Positions 29,539-40,352 of a DNA stretch of 64,000 nucleotides are shown piece after piece. Made by a program: the position numbers and the translations under genes. This DNA is from Gammaproteobacteria bacterium (GTDB lineage Bacteria; Pseudomonadota; Gammaproteobacteria; Eutrophobiales; Eutrophobiaceae). The stretch spans positions 2,400,001 to 2,464,000 of the forward strand of contig CBDCDS010000003.1 in the NCBI GenBank assembly GCA_965215365.1, in the 5' to 3' direction. The notes under the pieces were generated by a model. It did not search any database and had not been told where the DNA came from. It saw nothing but the letters and a program-made list of their open reading frames with translations. How positions within the stretch are numbered: position 1 is the first letter of the stretch; each line of letters begins with the position of its first letter.

Positions 29539-30503
29539 GTTATTGCCCTGACGCGCAACTCGCCACTGCTGAACCTGCTGAGGCTGGCACCGGTCTTTAG
29601 CAACAACAAACCGTTATCGTCCACGCCCCGGACGCGCCCGCTGAGCGTCTGCTCCGGCAGCTGCAGTTCCACCTGTCGCTCATAAAGATAGTCCCGTGCG
29701 CGCCAGGCTGCCACATAGTCGGCCATCCCGCCGGCCGCGACGCGCGCCAGCGTGGTCAGTTGTTCCACCAGGATGCTGCTTGCCAGCCGACTGCGGCCGG
29801 GGGGGGCGCGGTAGTGGGAGGCCAGATCTGTGACCGGTTGCTCCAACGCGGTTTTCAGCGCGCACGGCAGGCGCACATTGAGACCGATGCCGATGACCAC
29901 ATCGCAGGTGGACGCGGTTTCACTACGCGCCTCCAGTAGAATGCCACCGGTTTTTTTTTCGTCCAGCATCAGGTCATTGGGCCATTTAAGTTGTATGCCG
30001 TCCAGGCCCAGCCCGGCCAGCGCCTGCGCCACGGCCACCCCGCAAGCCAGGGACAGCGCGTTCAAGGAGGTCGGAGCCATATCGAAATGCCAGCCCAGCG
30101 ACAGATACAGCCCGCCGGCAAAAGGCGATGCCCACACCCTGCCCCGGCGACCCTTGCCACCGTGTTGATGCTCGGCCAGGACTATCTGCTTATGCAGGTG
30201 CGGTTGCCCGAACCGGTCGGTGAGACATTGGTTGGTTGATGCGGTTTCCAGCAGGATCTCGAGGCGGCAACCGTTGGCCGCTACGCCCATGCCGTCGAGG
30301 ATTTCAGACCGGTCCAGCAGGTCAATCTCATCTAGCAGGCGATACCCCTTGCTGTGCCCAGCCTCAATATCCAGGCCCAGCGCGCGCAAGCGTTTGATGC
30401 TTTTCCAGATAACGGTCCTGCTTACACCCAGTTGCGCCGCCAGGGCCTGACCTGAGTGCCAGGCGTTGTCCAGCAGGCAACCTAATAGCACCCTTCTATC
30501 CAT
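29535..30503 (-). CDS. birA: Bifunctional biotin ligase/repressor
   Basis: N-terminal HTH SGQALAAQLGVSRT, STN, GKGRRGRVW, KWPND, KTGGIL; start MDRR at 30503. Confidence 0.95.
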   Translation of the reverse strand: MDRRVLLGCLLDNAWHSGQALAAQLGVSRTVIWKSIKRLRALGLDIEAGHSKGYRLLDEIDLLDRSEILDGMGVAANGCRLEILLETASTNQCLTDRFGQPHLHKQIVLAEHQHGGKGRRGRVWASPFAGGLYLSLGWHFDMAPTSLNALSLACGVAVAQALAGLGLDGIQLKWPNDLMLDEKKTGGILLEARSETASTCDVVIGIGLNVRLPCALKTALEQPVTDLASHYRAPPGRSRLASSILVEQLTTLARVAAGGMADYVAAWRARDYLYERQVELQLPEQTLSGRVRGVDDNGLLLLKTGASLSRFSSGELRVRAIT

Positions 30504-31356
30504 TAAGGCCCGTATCCTGAGGCTCGTATCCGACCGCAACCGGTCGCGCCGGCTCTGCGCACCATTCGCTCCAGGAACCGGCATAGAGCCTAGGTAGCGG
30601 GTAACCGGCATGCACTGCGGCCAGCAGGTTGTGGCAGGCCGAGACGCCGGACCCGCAGTAAAAGGTAACGTCCGGCGCGTCGACGCCGGCATACAAACCG
30701 GCAAAGGCTTGGCGCAGATGTTGTGGCGACTGAAATTTACTCTGTGCGTCCAGGTTATCTTTCCAAGGGCGATTCCAGGCGCCGGGGATGTGGCCCGCCA
30801 CCGGGTCTATCGGCTCTGCCGCGCCGGCATAGCGGGGGGCTTCGCGCGAGTCCACCAGACGGGGGACGGCATGCACTTCCTGCAGCTGCACCAGACGCCC
30901 GCTGTTCAAGGTGGCGGTGAAGTACCCGTCAGTGACTTGCGTCTGTGTTGCAGCCGTTGCATAACCGGCCTGCTGCCAGGCTTGCAGTCCACCGTCCAGC
31001 ACTGCCACCCGCTCATGCCCGGCGTAGTTCAGCAACCACCACAGGCGCGCCGCAAAGGCGCCACCGGCATTGTCATAAGCTACTACCTGTTTGTGGTTGC
31101 TGATTCCAAGCGCCGAGAGTTTCTCCTCCAGTTGCACCGCGGACGGCATGGGGTGCCGGCCACAGTCGGTCACAGGATGGGAGCTGCTGAGGTCGCGCTG
31201 CAAGTCTGCATACACGGCACCGGGGACATGCTGCGCCAGATAGTGCCGGTAGCCGGCGCTTTTATCCATCAGGTCATACTGGCAGTCCACAATCAGCCAG
31301 TCCGGTGCGGTGCGGTTTGGTGCCAGTGTCTGCGCGTCGATCAAGGTGTTATACAT
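30496..31356 (-). CDS. Two-domain rhodanese/sulfurtransferase (SseA-like)
   Basis: HVPGA, GRHPMP, AARLWW, GHIPGA, YCGSGVSA, LYAGSWSEW. Confidence 0.9.
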   Translation of the reverse strand: MYNTLIDAQTLAPNRTAPDWLIVDCQYDLMDKSAGYRHYLAQHVPGAVYADLQRDLSSSHPVTDCGRHPMPSAVQLEEKLSALGISNHKQVVAYDNAGGAFAARLWWLLNYAGHERVAVLDGGLQAWQQAGYATAATQTQVTDGYFTATLNSGRLVQLQEVHAVPRLVDSREAPRYAGAAEPIDPVAGHIPGAWNRPWKDNLDAQSKFQSPQHLRQAFAGLYAGVDAPDVTFYCGSGVSACHNLLAAVHAGYPLPRLYAGSWSEWCAEPARPVAVGYEPQDTGLNG

Positions 31357-31514
31357 AGTTGCCGGTCGCCTGCAAGACAGGTCAGGATATACCCAAAAAG
31401 AATAACAATAGCTTTTCTTATTATTGATTGGAATAGAAAGCATGGTTAAAATGCCGCCCTTTTAACAGTTGCTCGCTGAGCATACTTGTAGGCATAGCTG
31501 TGACCATACACAGT

Positions 31515-31569
31515 ATTTTGCCCATACACAATTTTACCCACATGCAATTTTACCCACGTACAATTTTAC
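31515..31569 (+). repeat. 16-bp tandem repeat (about 3.4 units) in the cysH leader
   Basis: ATTTTGCCCATACACA ATTTTACCCACATGCA ATTTTACCCACGTACA ATTTTAC. Confidence 0.8.
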
Positions 31570-31570
31570 T

Positions 31571-32296
31571 ATGACAAATACATCATTTGACATCGAAGCC
31601 CACGCTAGGGACTTCCAGGACAAAGGGCCGACTGACATTCTGCGCTTTGCTTTTGATAATTTTGACAATATTGCCATTTCCTTCAGTGGCGCCGAGGATG
31701 TGGCGCTGATCGACATTGCCAGGCGCATCAACCCGGAGGTCAAGGTGTTTTCTCTGGATACCGGGCGCCTGCATAGTGAAACCTACCGCTTGTTAGAGCA
31801 GGTGCGGGAACGTTATGGCGTGGAACTGGACGTATTGTCCCCGGATGCGGCGCAACTGGAGACTTTGGTGCGGGAAAAAGGCTTGTACAGTTTCTACCAG
31901 GATGGACACAAGGAGTGCTGCGGCATCCGTAAAATCGCGCCCTTGCGCCGCAAGCTGGAGACGCTGGACGCTTGGGTCACCGGGCAGCGCAAGGACCAGA
32001 GCCCGACCCGCGCCAACGTCAGCGTGATGGAAACCGATGCGGCGTTCTCCGGCCCTGGTCACACTCTGCACAAATTCAATCCTCTGGCAAACTGGACTTC
32101 AAAACAGGTATGGAGCTATATCCGCACCAACGATGTGCCCTATAACGAGCTGCACAGCCGTGGCTACATCAGCATCGGTTGCGAACCCTGCACCCGCCAG
32201 GTGCTGCCTAACCAGCATGAACGCGAGGGCCGTTGGTGGTGGGAAGAAGAAACCCTGAAGGAATGCGGGTTGCACGCGGGAAATTTGGAGAGTTAA
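31571..32296 (+). CDS. cysH: Adenosine 5'-phosphosulfate reductase (4Fe-4S type CysH)
   Basis: [37 protein letters not shown]. Confidence 0.95.
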   Translation: MTNTSFDIEAHARDFQDKGPTDILRFAFDNFDNIAISFSGAEDVALIDIARRINPEVKVFSLDTGRLHSETYRLLEQVRERYGVELDVLSPDAAQLETLVREKGLYSFYQDGHKECCGIRKIAPLRRKLETLDAWVTGQRKDQSPTRANVSVMETDAAFSGPGHTLHKFNPLANWTSKQVWSYIRTNDVPYNELHSRGYISIGCEPCTRQVLPNQHEREGRWWWEEETLKECGLHAGNLES

Positions 32297-32303
32297 GCCC
32301 CCC

Positions 32304-33308
<1,005 letters not shown>

Positions 33309-33432
33309 TCAGCACCGTACCAGAGTACATCTATTATATCATTTAGTTCTAAAAATAGTGAAAATTATCACTTTTCAGTATAGATGATTAGCATTAGAGT
33401 GACAATCTTTTTGCTTCGGACATGTTCCAGCC

Positions 33433-34218
33433 GTGGATTTTGCATTTACATTGGCCGGTTTTGTGGTCGGCTTTGTCATTGGTCTTACCGGTGTCGGCGG
33501 CGGTTCCCTGATGACACCGGCGCTGGTGCTGATATTCGGCGTCAAGCCGGCAGTGGCGGTGGGCACCGACCTGTTGTACGCGGCGATTACTAAAGGGGGC
33601 GGGATTTTCCCTCACCACAGGCAGGGAACCATCGACTGGAGAGTCGTCCGGCTGTTGGCAACGGGCAGCATCCCGGCTACCTTGATGGCACTGGTAGTAT
33701 TGAAAAAACTGGCCGCCATGGGCATCAACTATGAATCCGTCATCACCTCCACGCTCAGCATTGCCCTGATTTTGACCTCCCTGGTGATCCTGTTCAAAAG
33801 CCAGTTGCAGTCTCTGGGCAAGGCCGAGCCGTTCCAGTTCATACGCGTCATACACAGACGGTTACGCGTGCCGATAACCATTCTCGCCGGTGTTATCATC
33901 GGCACCTTAGTCACGCTCTCGTCGGTCGGCGCCGGCGCCCTGGGCGCGGCCTTCCTGTTTTTTCTCTATCCCCGCTTTAACACCGTCAGGATCGTAGGCA
34001 CCGATCTGGCTCATGCAGTGCCAATCACCGCAATCGCCGGCCTGGGTCACTGGCACCTGGGTTCGGTGGATTTCCAACTCCTGCTCAGCCTGATCATCGG
34101 CTCGCTACCAGGTATCTACCTGGGCAGCCATGCCGGGGTACAGTTGCCGGAAAAATTCATGCGCACGCTGCTGGCGCTGATGCTGCTGCTGATTGGCGGT
34201 CGCCTGGCAGTGGTGTAA
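33433..34218 (+). CDS. TauE/SafE sulfite exporter family protein
   Basis: GLTGVGGGSLMTP, AVGTDL, VGTDLAHAVP; multi-TM. Confidence 0.9.
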   Translation: MDFAFTLAGFVVGFVIGLTGVGGGSLMTPALVLIFGVKPAVAVGTDLLYAAITKGGGIFPHHRQGTIDWRVVRLLATGSIPATLMALVVLKKLAAMGINYESVITSTLSIALILTSLVILFKSQLQSLGKAEPFQFIRVIHRRLRVPITILAGVIIGTLVTLSSVGAGALGAAFLFFLYPRFNTVRIVGTDLAHAVPITAIAGLGHWHLGSVDFQLLLSLIIGSLPGIYLGSHAGVQLPEKFMRTLLALMLLLIGGRLAVV

Positions 34219-34243
34219 AAAAACCCCGCTCAGGCGGGGTTTT
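34217..34243. terminator. Bidirectional intrinsic terminator
   Basis: AAAAAAACCCCGC-TCAG-GCGGGGTTTT between convergent genes. Confidence 0.8.
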
Positions 34244-34269
34244 GCATATAAACGCCAGCACCGCAGACC

Positions 34270-34497
34270 TCAGCCGGTATGCGCTTGGCGGTATTGACTG
34301 ATCATTGCCGCCATCTGGTCCTTCACGTGCAGTTTTTCTTTCTTCAGATTGTCCAGGTCATACGCATCCACGGGTGTTGCGCCGGAATTGGCCTGGTTGA
34401 CTTGTTGCTTCAATTCGCCATGCCTTGAATGCAGTCGCTTAAAATTTTCGCTTTCGTTCAATAACACATCGACTATCTCCTGCTCATATTCAAACAT
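34270..34497 (-). CDS. YdcH/DUF465 family small protein
   Basis: FKRLHSRHGEL...LKKEKLHVKDQM; GGAGG RBS. Confidence 0.8.
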   Translation of the reverse strand: MFEYEQEIVDVLLNESENFKRLHSRHGELKQQVNQANSGATPVDAYDLDNLKKEKLHVKDQMAAMISQYRQAHTG

Positions 34498-34632
34498 AGA
34501 GGCCTCCTTCAGGTCAGGTTTTCAGGGTTTACTTATAGCCCGCAGGCAGAACCAATCCGGCTAGTGCCTACAACCTTAAAGTTAGTCCAAATTTTCCCGG
34601 ACTACAAGGAAAAAATTTTTTATCATGGGACC

Positions 34633-35571
34633 ATGCGCGCGGCAATGTTCATCAACATCGTGTTTTATCTGCTGTCTGCTTCAGGCGAATACCTCCATGC
34701 TGCTGAAAAACATGATAAAACGTTCAACCTCACCGAGGTCAGTGCCGGTATTTACGTACACCAGGGCCAGCATGCAGGGCTGGAGCATGACCACAGCGAC
34801 GATATTGCCAACATCGGCTTCATCGTCGGCGAGCAATGTATTGCCGTGATCGACACCGGCGGGTCGGTGGCCATTGGTCGAGCCTTGCAAAAAGCCGTTC
34901 GCAGCGTCTCGTCGCTGCCTGTTTGCTACGTGATCAATACCCATATACATTTTGACCATGTATTGGGCAACGCCGCTTTCAAGGCCACCGAGCCGGTCTT
35001 CGTCGGGCACGAAAACCTGGCCCTGGAAATGGCGCATAACCGCGCGTTTTTCCTGTCAGAGTTTCGCCCCAACCTCGGTGAGAATCCCTCGGCAGACTCG
35101 ATCATCGGCCCGGAGCTCACTGTTACCGATACGCTGGAACTGGACCTGGGTAACCGGATCATTACCCTGCGCGCTTACCCGCCCGCCCATTCCCATACGG
35201 ATGTATCGGTGTATGACCACAACACTGCGACATTATGGCTCTCTGACCTGCTGTTCGTGGACCGGATTCCCGCTCTCGATGGCAGTCTCAAAGGCTGGCT
35301 GGAGACGCTGGACCGGCTAACCACACGGCCGGCCCGGCGCGTTATTCCCGGTCACGGCCCCGTCAGCCTGCCTTGGCCGGATGCAGCCAGCACCCAGCAC
35401 GCCTACCTGCACCTGTTGCTGACCCGTACCAGAGAAGCAATCGCCAAGGGAGCCTTCATGGAAGACATCATTGAGACCGTCGGTAAAACAGAGCAAACCC
35501 AGTGGCTGCTGCACGAGGAAAACCACCGACGCAACGTTACCCGGGCGTTTACTGAGTTGGAGTGGGAGTAG
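34633..35571 (+). CDS. Metallo-beta-lactamase-fold hydrolase (SoxH/quinoprotein-relay-like); start uncertain
   Basis: ANIGFIVG, VIDTGGS, NTHIHFDHVLGN, AHSHTD, IPGHG, ELEWE. Confidence 0.8.
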   Translation: MRAAMFINIVFYLLSASGEYLHAAEKHDKTFNLTEVSAGIYVHQGQHAGLEHDHSDDIANIGFIVGEQCIAVIDTGGSVAIGRALQKAVRSVSSLPVCYVINTHIHFDHVLGNAAFKATEPVFVGHENLALEMAHNRAFFLSEFRPNLGENPSADSIIGPELTVTDTLELDLGNRIITLRAYPPAHSHTDVSVYDHNTATLWLSDLLFVDRIPALDGSLKGWLETLDRLTTRPARRVIPGHGPVSLPWPDAASTQHAYLHLLLTRTREAIAKGAFMEDIIETVGKTEQTQWLLHEENHRRNVTRAFTELEWE

Positions 35572-35573
35572 CC

Positions 35574-37226
35574 TTACATCTCCGGATAGTTTGGCCCACC
35601 GCCACCTTCCGGGGGCACCCAGACAATGTTCTGGGTGGGGTCTTTGATATCGCAGGTCTTGCAGTGCACGCAGTTCTGGGCGTTGATGCGCAATGCGGGC
35701 GCATCGTCTTCGGTAATAATCTCATAAACACCCGCAGGGCAATAGCGTTGCTCGGGCGCGGCATAGCGTTGCAGGTTGGTGGTAGTCGGGATAGTCTCAT
35801 CTTTCAGCGTAAGATGACAAGGCTGATCTTCTTCGTGGTTGGTGTTGGAGATAAAGACCGATGAGAGTTTGTCGAAACTCAGCTTGCCGTCCGGCTTGGG
35901 ATAATCAACAGATTTGCAGGCCGCGGCGGCCTTCAGGCATGCGTGGTCCGGGCGTCGATCATGCAGGGTGAATGGCAGTCGGCCGGCAAAAACGGACTGG
36001 TCCGCCAGATTGAACGCGGCGCCCAGGTACAGGCCGAACCGGTGCAGGGCGGCGCCGAAATTGCGGGAGCGATAAATATCATCATAGGCCCAGCAGGCGC
36101 GGAAGTTGTCGTCGAATGCCGACAGGTCTGCGGCCGCTTGCTCGGCCCCGGCGCCACTATCGGCTTGCAGCGCGGCGCTCAGGGTTTGCGCGGCGACCAT
36201 ACCGGATTTCATGGCCGTGTGCGTACCCTTGATCTTGGCGAAATTCAAGGTGCCGGCATCACACCCGACCAGTAACGCGCCAGGCATGGACATTTTCGGT
36301 AATGAGTTCAAACCGCCTTTGGTGATGGAGCGAGCACCGTAGGCCAGACGCCGGCCACCGGCCAGGGTCTGCGCAATCAAGGGGTGGTGTTTGAAGCGCT
36401 GGAATTCATCGAATGGGCTGAGGTAGGGGTTAGCGTAATTCAGGTCGATAATTAAACCGACTGCGACCTGATTAGGTGCCAGGTGATACAGGAAAAAACC
36501 GCCGGAGGCCTGTTTGGACAGCGGCCAACCGGAACCATGCACGACCAGGCCGGGCCGGAAGTTGTCTGCGTCCACTTCCCATAACTCCTTGATACCCAAC
36601 CCGTAATGTTGCGGATCACGGCCCTGGTCAAGCTGATACCGGTCAATAAGCTGGCGACCCAGGTGTCCGCGGCTGCCCTCGGCAAAAACCGTGTAGCGCC
36701 CGTGCAGTTCCAGTCCCGGCTCGAAGCTGTCTTTCTCGGCGCCTGTTACGGTGCGCCCCATGTCTCCGGTGGCGACGCCCCGGACCCGCCCCTGGTCGTC
36801 GAACAGCGCTTGGGCGGCGGCAAAGCCGGGGTAAATCTCCACCTCCAGCGCCGCTGCCTGCTCGGCCAGCCAGCGACATACGTTGCCCAGACTGACAATA
36901 TAATTACCCTGGTTGTGCATGCTCGCGGGCACCAACGGGCCGGGAATCTTTATAGCTGAGTGATGACTGGTCAGGAAATAGACCTGGTCCTGGCTGACCG
37001 GCGTGTGTAACGGCGCGCCACGCTCTTTCCAGTCCGGGATCAGCTCATCCAAGGCACGCGTTTCCAGCACCGCGCCGGAAAGGATATGGGCACCGATCTC
37101 AGAGCCTTTTTCCAGCAGGCAAACGCTGAGCTGCTGCGCCAGGGTCTTGAGGTGAATGGCTGTTGCGAGTCCTGCCGGGCCTCCTCCTACGATAACAACA
37201 TCATATTCCATGACCTCACGTTGCAT
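35574..37226 (-). CDS. Electron transfer flavoprotein-ubiquinone oxidoreductase
   Basis: GGGPAG, GAHILSGA, KIKGTHTAMKSG, CPAGVYE, NCVHCKTCDIKDP. Confidence 0.95.
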   Translation of the reverse strand: MQREVMEYDVVIVGGGPAGLATAIHLKTLAQQLSVCLLEKGSEIGAHILSGAVLETRALDELIPDWKERGAPLHTPVSQDQVYFLTSHHSAIKIPGPLVPASMHNQGNYIVSLGNVCRWLAEQAAALEVEIYPGFAAAQALFDDQGRVRGVATGDMGRTVTGAEKDSFEPGLELHGRYTVFAEGSRGHLGRQLIDRYQLDQGRDPQHYGLGIKELWEVDADNFRPGLVVHGSGWPLSKQASGGFFLYHLAPNQVAVGLIIDLNYANPYLSPFDEFQRFKHHPLIAQTLAGGRRLAYGARSITKGGLNSLPKMSMPGALLVGCDAGTLNFAKIKGTHTAMKSGMVAAQTLSAALQADSGAGAEQAAADLSAFDDNFRACWAYDDIYRSRNFGAALHRFGLYLGAAFNLADQSVFAGRLPFTLHDRRPDHACLKAAAACKSVDYPKPDGKLSFDKLSSVFISNTNHEEDQPCHLTLKDETIPTTTNLQRYAAPEQRYCPAGVYEIITEDDAPALRINAQNCVHCKTCDIKDPTQNIVWVPPEGGGGPNYPEM

Positions 37227-37242
37227 GAGGGTTGTTCAGTTA

Positions 37243-37302
37243 TCCGCAGATGACGCGGATAATATCAACTGCAGCTCTGCGTTCATCTGCGTCATCTGCG
37301 GA
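37243..37302. repeat. Palindromic REP/MITE-like element
   Basis: TCCGCAGATGACGCGGAT ... ATCTGCGTCATCTGCGGA (17 of 18 paired). Confidence 0.7.
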
Positions 37303-37307
37303 CAATA

Positions 37308-38660
37308 TCAACTGCGGCGGCGTTGTTTCAGGCTCTCTTCCAGTTGTCTCTTGCGTTCTTTTTCGCTGTTGACGTAGCCCAGCCAGGTTTGTGCGGCCTT
37401 GTAGCTGCGCTTGTCCTTGCTGGCTTCGGCGAAGGCTGCGATAGATGCTTCGAACTTCTGTATCTCAAACAGTGCCAGACCCAGCATGATGTTGGCCTGA
37501 TCGCTGCGCTTGAGGCCGCCTTTCCTGAATGCCGTGCGCAATGATGCCACGGCTTCGTCATACCGGTACAGGTTGATATAGGCCTGGGCCAGACGCATAT
37601 CCAATTCGCCGTCCTTGGACAGCCTAGCAGCCTGTATCAACGGCGGGAGTGATTTTTCATTTTCCTGGGCTTGCAACCAGGCTTGCGAAAGTAGCCTTAA
37701 GTTCCTGATATTCTGCTCTATTTTTTCTTCCTTCATACCCTTGTCCAGCAATACTGCTGCCTTGTAGGGTGCTTCATGCAGCAGGTACAGGTTGGCCAGA
37801 TTCAACTGCTGGTTGCCCCGTTGCAGATGACCGGCTTCATACAGCATCTCCAGGATGGACATCTGCTTGTCCAGACGCTTGAGCTCGGAATAGGTGCCGG
37901 CCATGGTCAACCAGTATTCCGGTTTGGGATAATATTCGACCAGCTCCTTGAGTACTGCCAGCATGTTCTCATAATCATTGAGATTGAAATAATCCACGCG
38001 CAACAGCAGCAACAGGTTTTCCCTGGGTATGTCGCCGCGCTCCTTGACCATAGCGTAAGCCTTTTTCAACGGCACCAGCGAGTTCTCATATTCTTCTAGC
38101 TGGTAGTAGCCCTGACCCAGCAGCATGTAGGCATTTTCAGTGGGTTTTTCCGTCACCGCAAACCACTGGTTGATGATGTCCACCGCCTTACGGTAGTTCT
38201 CGATAATAAAATACAACTGGGCCAGGGTATATAAAGAATTGGTCTCCAGTGCTTCGGGCAGGTCGGGCTGTGCCAGCACCTGCTCATACGAGGCAATGGC
38301 ATCTTCGTATCGTTCCAGGGTGAAATACGTGTAAGCAAAGTAATTGTACAACTGTGCCTTTTCGTAGTTCGACAGCTTGGGCTCCCGGGCTAGGTCATTC
38401 AGGGCCGCCAGACCCTCGTCGTAGTTTTTGGCCTCGATCAGTTCCTGCGCTTCGGTCAACTTCTTGTAAACCTTCTCGCTCATGGAAGGGGTTTTGCGGG
38501 TTTTGCGCTTCTTGCCCGAGTCCGCCCCCTCCTGCGCGCTCACAGCCGGCGCAGTGGTCGCGATGAACAGGGGGGAAGTCAGCAGCAATGCACAGGCCAG
38601 CAATGCGCCACGCATCAGAAACGATTTAACCGTCGTATAACCAGTACCCATAAGCATCAA
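37308..38660 (-). CDS. TPR protein of a TonB2-type operon (TtpD-like)
   Basis: Signal peptide and multiple TPR helices; directly after tonB. Confidence 0.8.
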   Translation of the reverse strand: MMLMGTGYTTVKSFLMRGALLACALLLTSPLFIATTAPAVSAQEGADSGKKRKTRKTPSMSEKVYKKLTEAQELIEAKNYDEGLAALNDLAREPKLSNYEKAQLYNYFAYTYFTLERYEDAIASYEQVLAQPDLPEALETNSLYTLAQLYFIIENYRKAVDIINQWFAVTEKPTENAYMLLGQGYYQLEEYENSLVPLKKAYAMVKERGDIPRENLLLLLRVDYFNLNDYENMLAVLKELVEYYPKPEYWLTMAGTYSELKRLDKQMSILEMLYEAGHLQRGNQQLNLANLYLLHEAPYKAAVLLDKGMKEEKIEQNIRNLRLLSQAWLQAQENEKSLPPLIQAARLSKDGELDMRLAQAYINLYRYDEAVASLRTAFRKGGLKRSDQANIMLGLALFEIQKFEASIAAFAEASKDKRSYKAAQTWLGYVNSEKERKRQLEESLKQRRRS

Positions 38661-39286
38661 TCTTCCAGTTCAAAGGTAATTTTGTTCTGCACGCCCGGCA
38701 CTTCGATGGGCTGTCCCTCAACAATGCGCGGCTTGTACTTGAACTTGGCCGCCGCGGCCATGGATGCCCTTTCAAAATAACCCCTCGGCACCGCCTCGAC
38801 CACCCGGATATCCTTGGTAGTACCCGCTTTGGTCACGGTGAACTCAACGATTACGTAGCCCTCGATACCGCGTGACTGCGCGCGGCGCGGATAAATGGGT
38901 TGTACCTTGACGATAGGCAGGTACTCACCGTCGCTGGGCGCCAAACCGAAACCGCTGGCATCCAGGTTGATATTGGTGTTCACCGGCGCTGCCGACACCT
39001 GTACACTCTGCGCTTCCGGCGTGATGTTATCCATGGAGGGCGGTGGCGGTTCCGGTGGTGGCTGATCCGGCGGCGGGGGTTTCTTAGGCGGCGGTTTGCG
39101 GCGGTTGACTATCTCTTCCGGGTCGATCCGCACAAACTCCAGCATTCTGCCCGGATCATCCCGATCCAGTTTCCGATCGGCGATATTAATCAGGTATTGC
39201 ATCAGCCAGAACAGGCTGAATACGACCGTTAGCGCACAGGCGCCGGCGATGAGGTAACGGCCAACAAGAAGTGAACTTGCAACCAT
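38657..39286 (-). CDS. tonB: Energy transducer TonB
   Basis: TM, Pro-rich linker, QPIYPRRA...EGYVIVEFTV, FKYKP. Confidence 0.92.
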   Translation of the reverse strand: MVASSLLVGRYLIAGACALTVVFSLFWLMQYLINIADRKLDRDDPGRMLEFVRIDPEEIVNRRKPPPKKPPPPDQPPPEPPPPSMDNITPEAQSVQVSAAPVNTNINLDASGFGLAPSDGEYLPIVKVQPIYPRRAQSRGIEGYVIVEFTVTKAGTTKDIRVVEAVPRGYFERASMAAAAKFKYKPRIVEGQPIEVPGVQNKITFELED

Positions 39287-39301
39287 CGGGATAACCTGCG
39301 C

Positions 39302-39703
39302 TCAGTTCTCGGCCGCCAGCGCGATATTGAACACGCCGGCCTGGCGCACCGCATCCATGACCTCAACCAGCATCTTGTTCTTGGATTCCTCGTCCGCTTG
39401 TATCACCACTGACCCTTGCGGGTTCTCGGCGCGCAAGCGTTTGATGTTCGGATAGACGGAACGGACATCGATCTTGCGGCGATCCAGCCAGATATTGTTA
39501 TTGGCGTCAATCGCGATCAGTATGTTCGCCTTTTTCTTCACTTCCGCGGTCGGCGCATCGGGTTTGTTGACGTCGATGCCGGTTTCCTTGACGAAGGTTG
39601 CGGTGACGATAAAGAAGATCAGCATGATGAAAACAATGTCGATCAGCGGCGTGATGTTCACTTCTGATTCGTCATCGGCGGCAACACTGGTGATTCTACG
39701 CAT
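39302..39703 (-). CDS. exbD: Biopolymer transporter ExbD
   Basis: NITPLIDIVFIMLIFFIVT, VIQAD. Confidence 0.93.
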   Translation of the reverse strand: MRRITSVAADDESEVNITPLIDIVFIMLIFFIVTATFVKETGIDVNKPDAPTAEVKKKANILIAIDANNNIWLDRRKIDVRSVYPNIKRLRAENPQGSVVIQADEESKNKMLVEVMDAVRQAGVFNIALAAEN

Positions 39704-39742
39704 AGTTATATTCCTCGTTTACCTTCTCCACGGGATGTTGTA

Positions 39743-40324
39743 TCAATGGTCCATAGTCAGGCGCTCACTCAGTTTTTCAACCTCGGAGTCAGCCCTGCTC
39801 TGTAACCAGACACTGATAAAGTAACCGGACAACGCCGCCACCATGCCAGCCATGGTCGGCACCGTCGCCTGCGACACGCCGGCGGCCATGGCCCGGGCAT
39901 TGCCGGTGCCCAGGAACGCCATCACCTCGAACACGGTAACCATACCGGTCACCGTGCCCAGCAAGCCGACTAGCGGGCACAACGCAACACAGACCTTGAT
40001 CGTGCCGAGGAACTGGTTGGCTTGGACCTTGACGTCGGAGAGCATCGCTTCCCGTACCCGGCGGGCGTTCCAGGACACTCGTTCGGCGCGCGCATCCCAG
40101 CGTTTAACTACGTCCCCAGACAGTCGCGGTTGCTGCGTGGAAAAGAAAATCAGCCGTTCCACGATACACAACCACATGACAGCTAGCACTACCGCTACCA
40201 GATACAGCACCGGCCCGCCCAATTCTAGGAAGTCCCGAATGGCTTCCCACATGTCGATGAAGCCTTGCTCCAGACCCACCAGAGAGGTGATGCCGCGCAG
40301 GATTGAATAGATCAGATCAGTCAT
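39743..40324 (-). CDS. exbB: ExbB/MotA-TolQ proton channel (small)
   Basis: PLVGLLGTVTGM, MAAGVSQA; start MTDLI (40324). Confidence 0.88.
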   Translation of the reverse strand: MTDLIYSILRGITSLVGLEQGFIDMWEAIRDFLELGGPVLYLVAVVLAVMWLCIVERLIFFSTQQPRLSGDVVKRWDARAERVSWNARRVREAMLSDVKVQANQFLGTIKVCVALCPLVGLLGTVTGMVTVFEVMAFLGTGNARAMAAGVSQATVPTMAGMVAALSGYFISVWLQSRADSEVEKLSERLTMDH

Positions 40325-40352
40325 TATGTCGTTAGCTGGTGCGGCGACGCCT

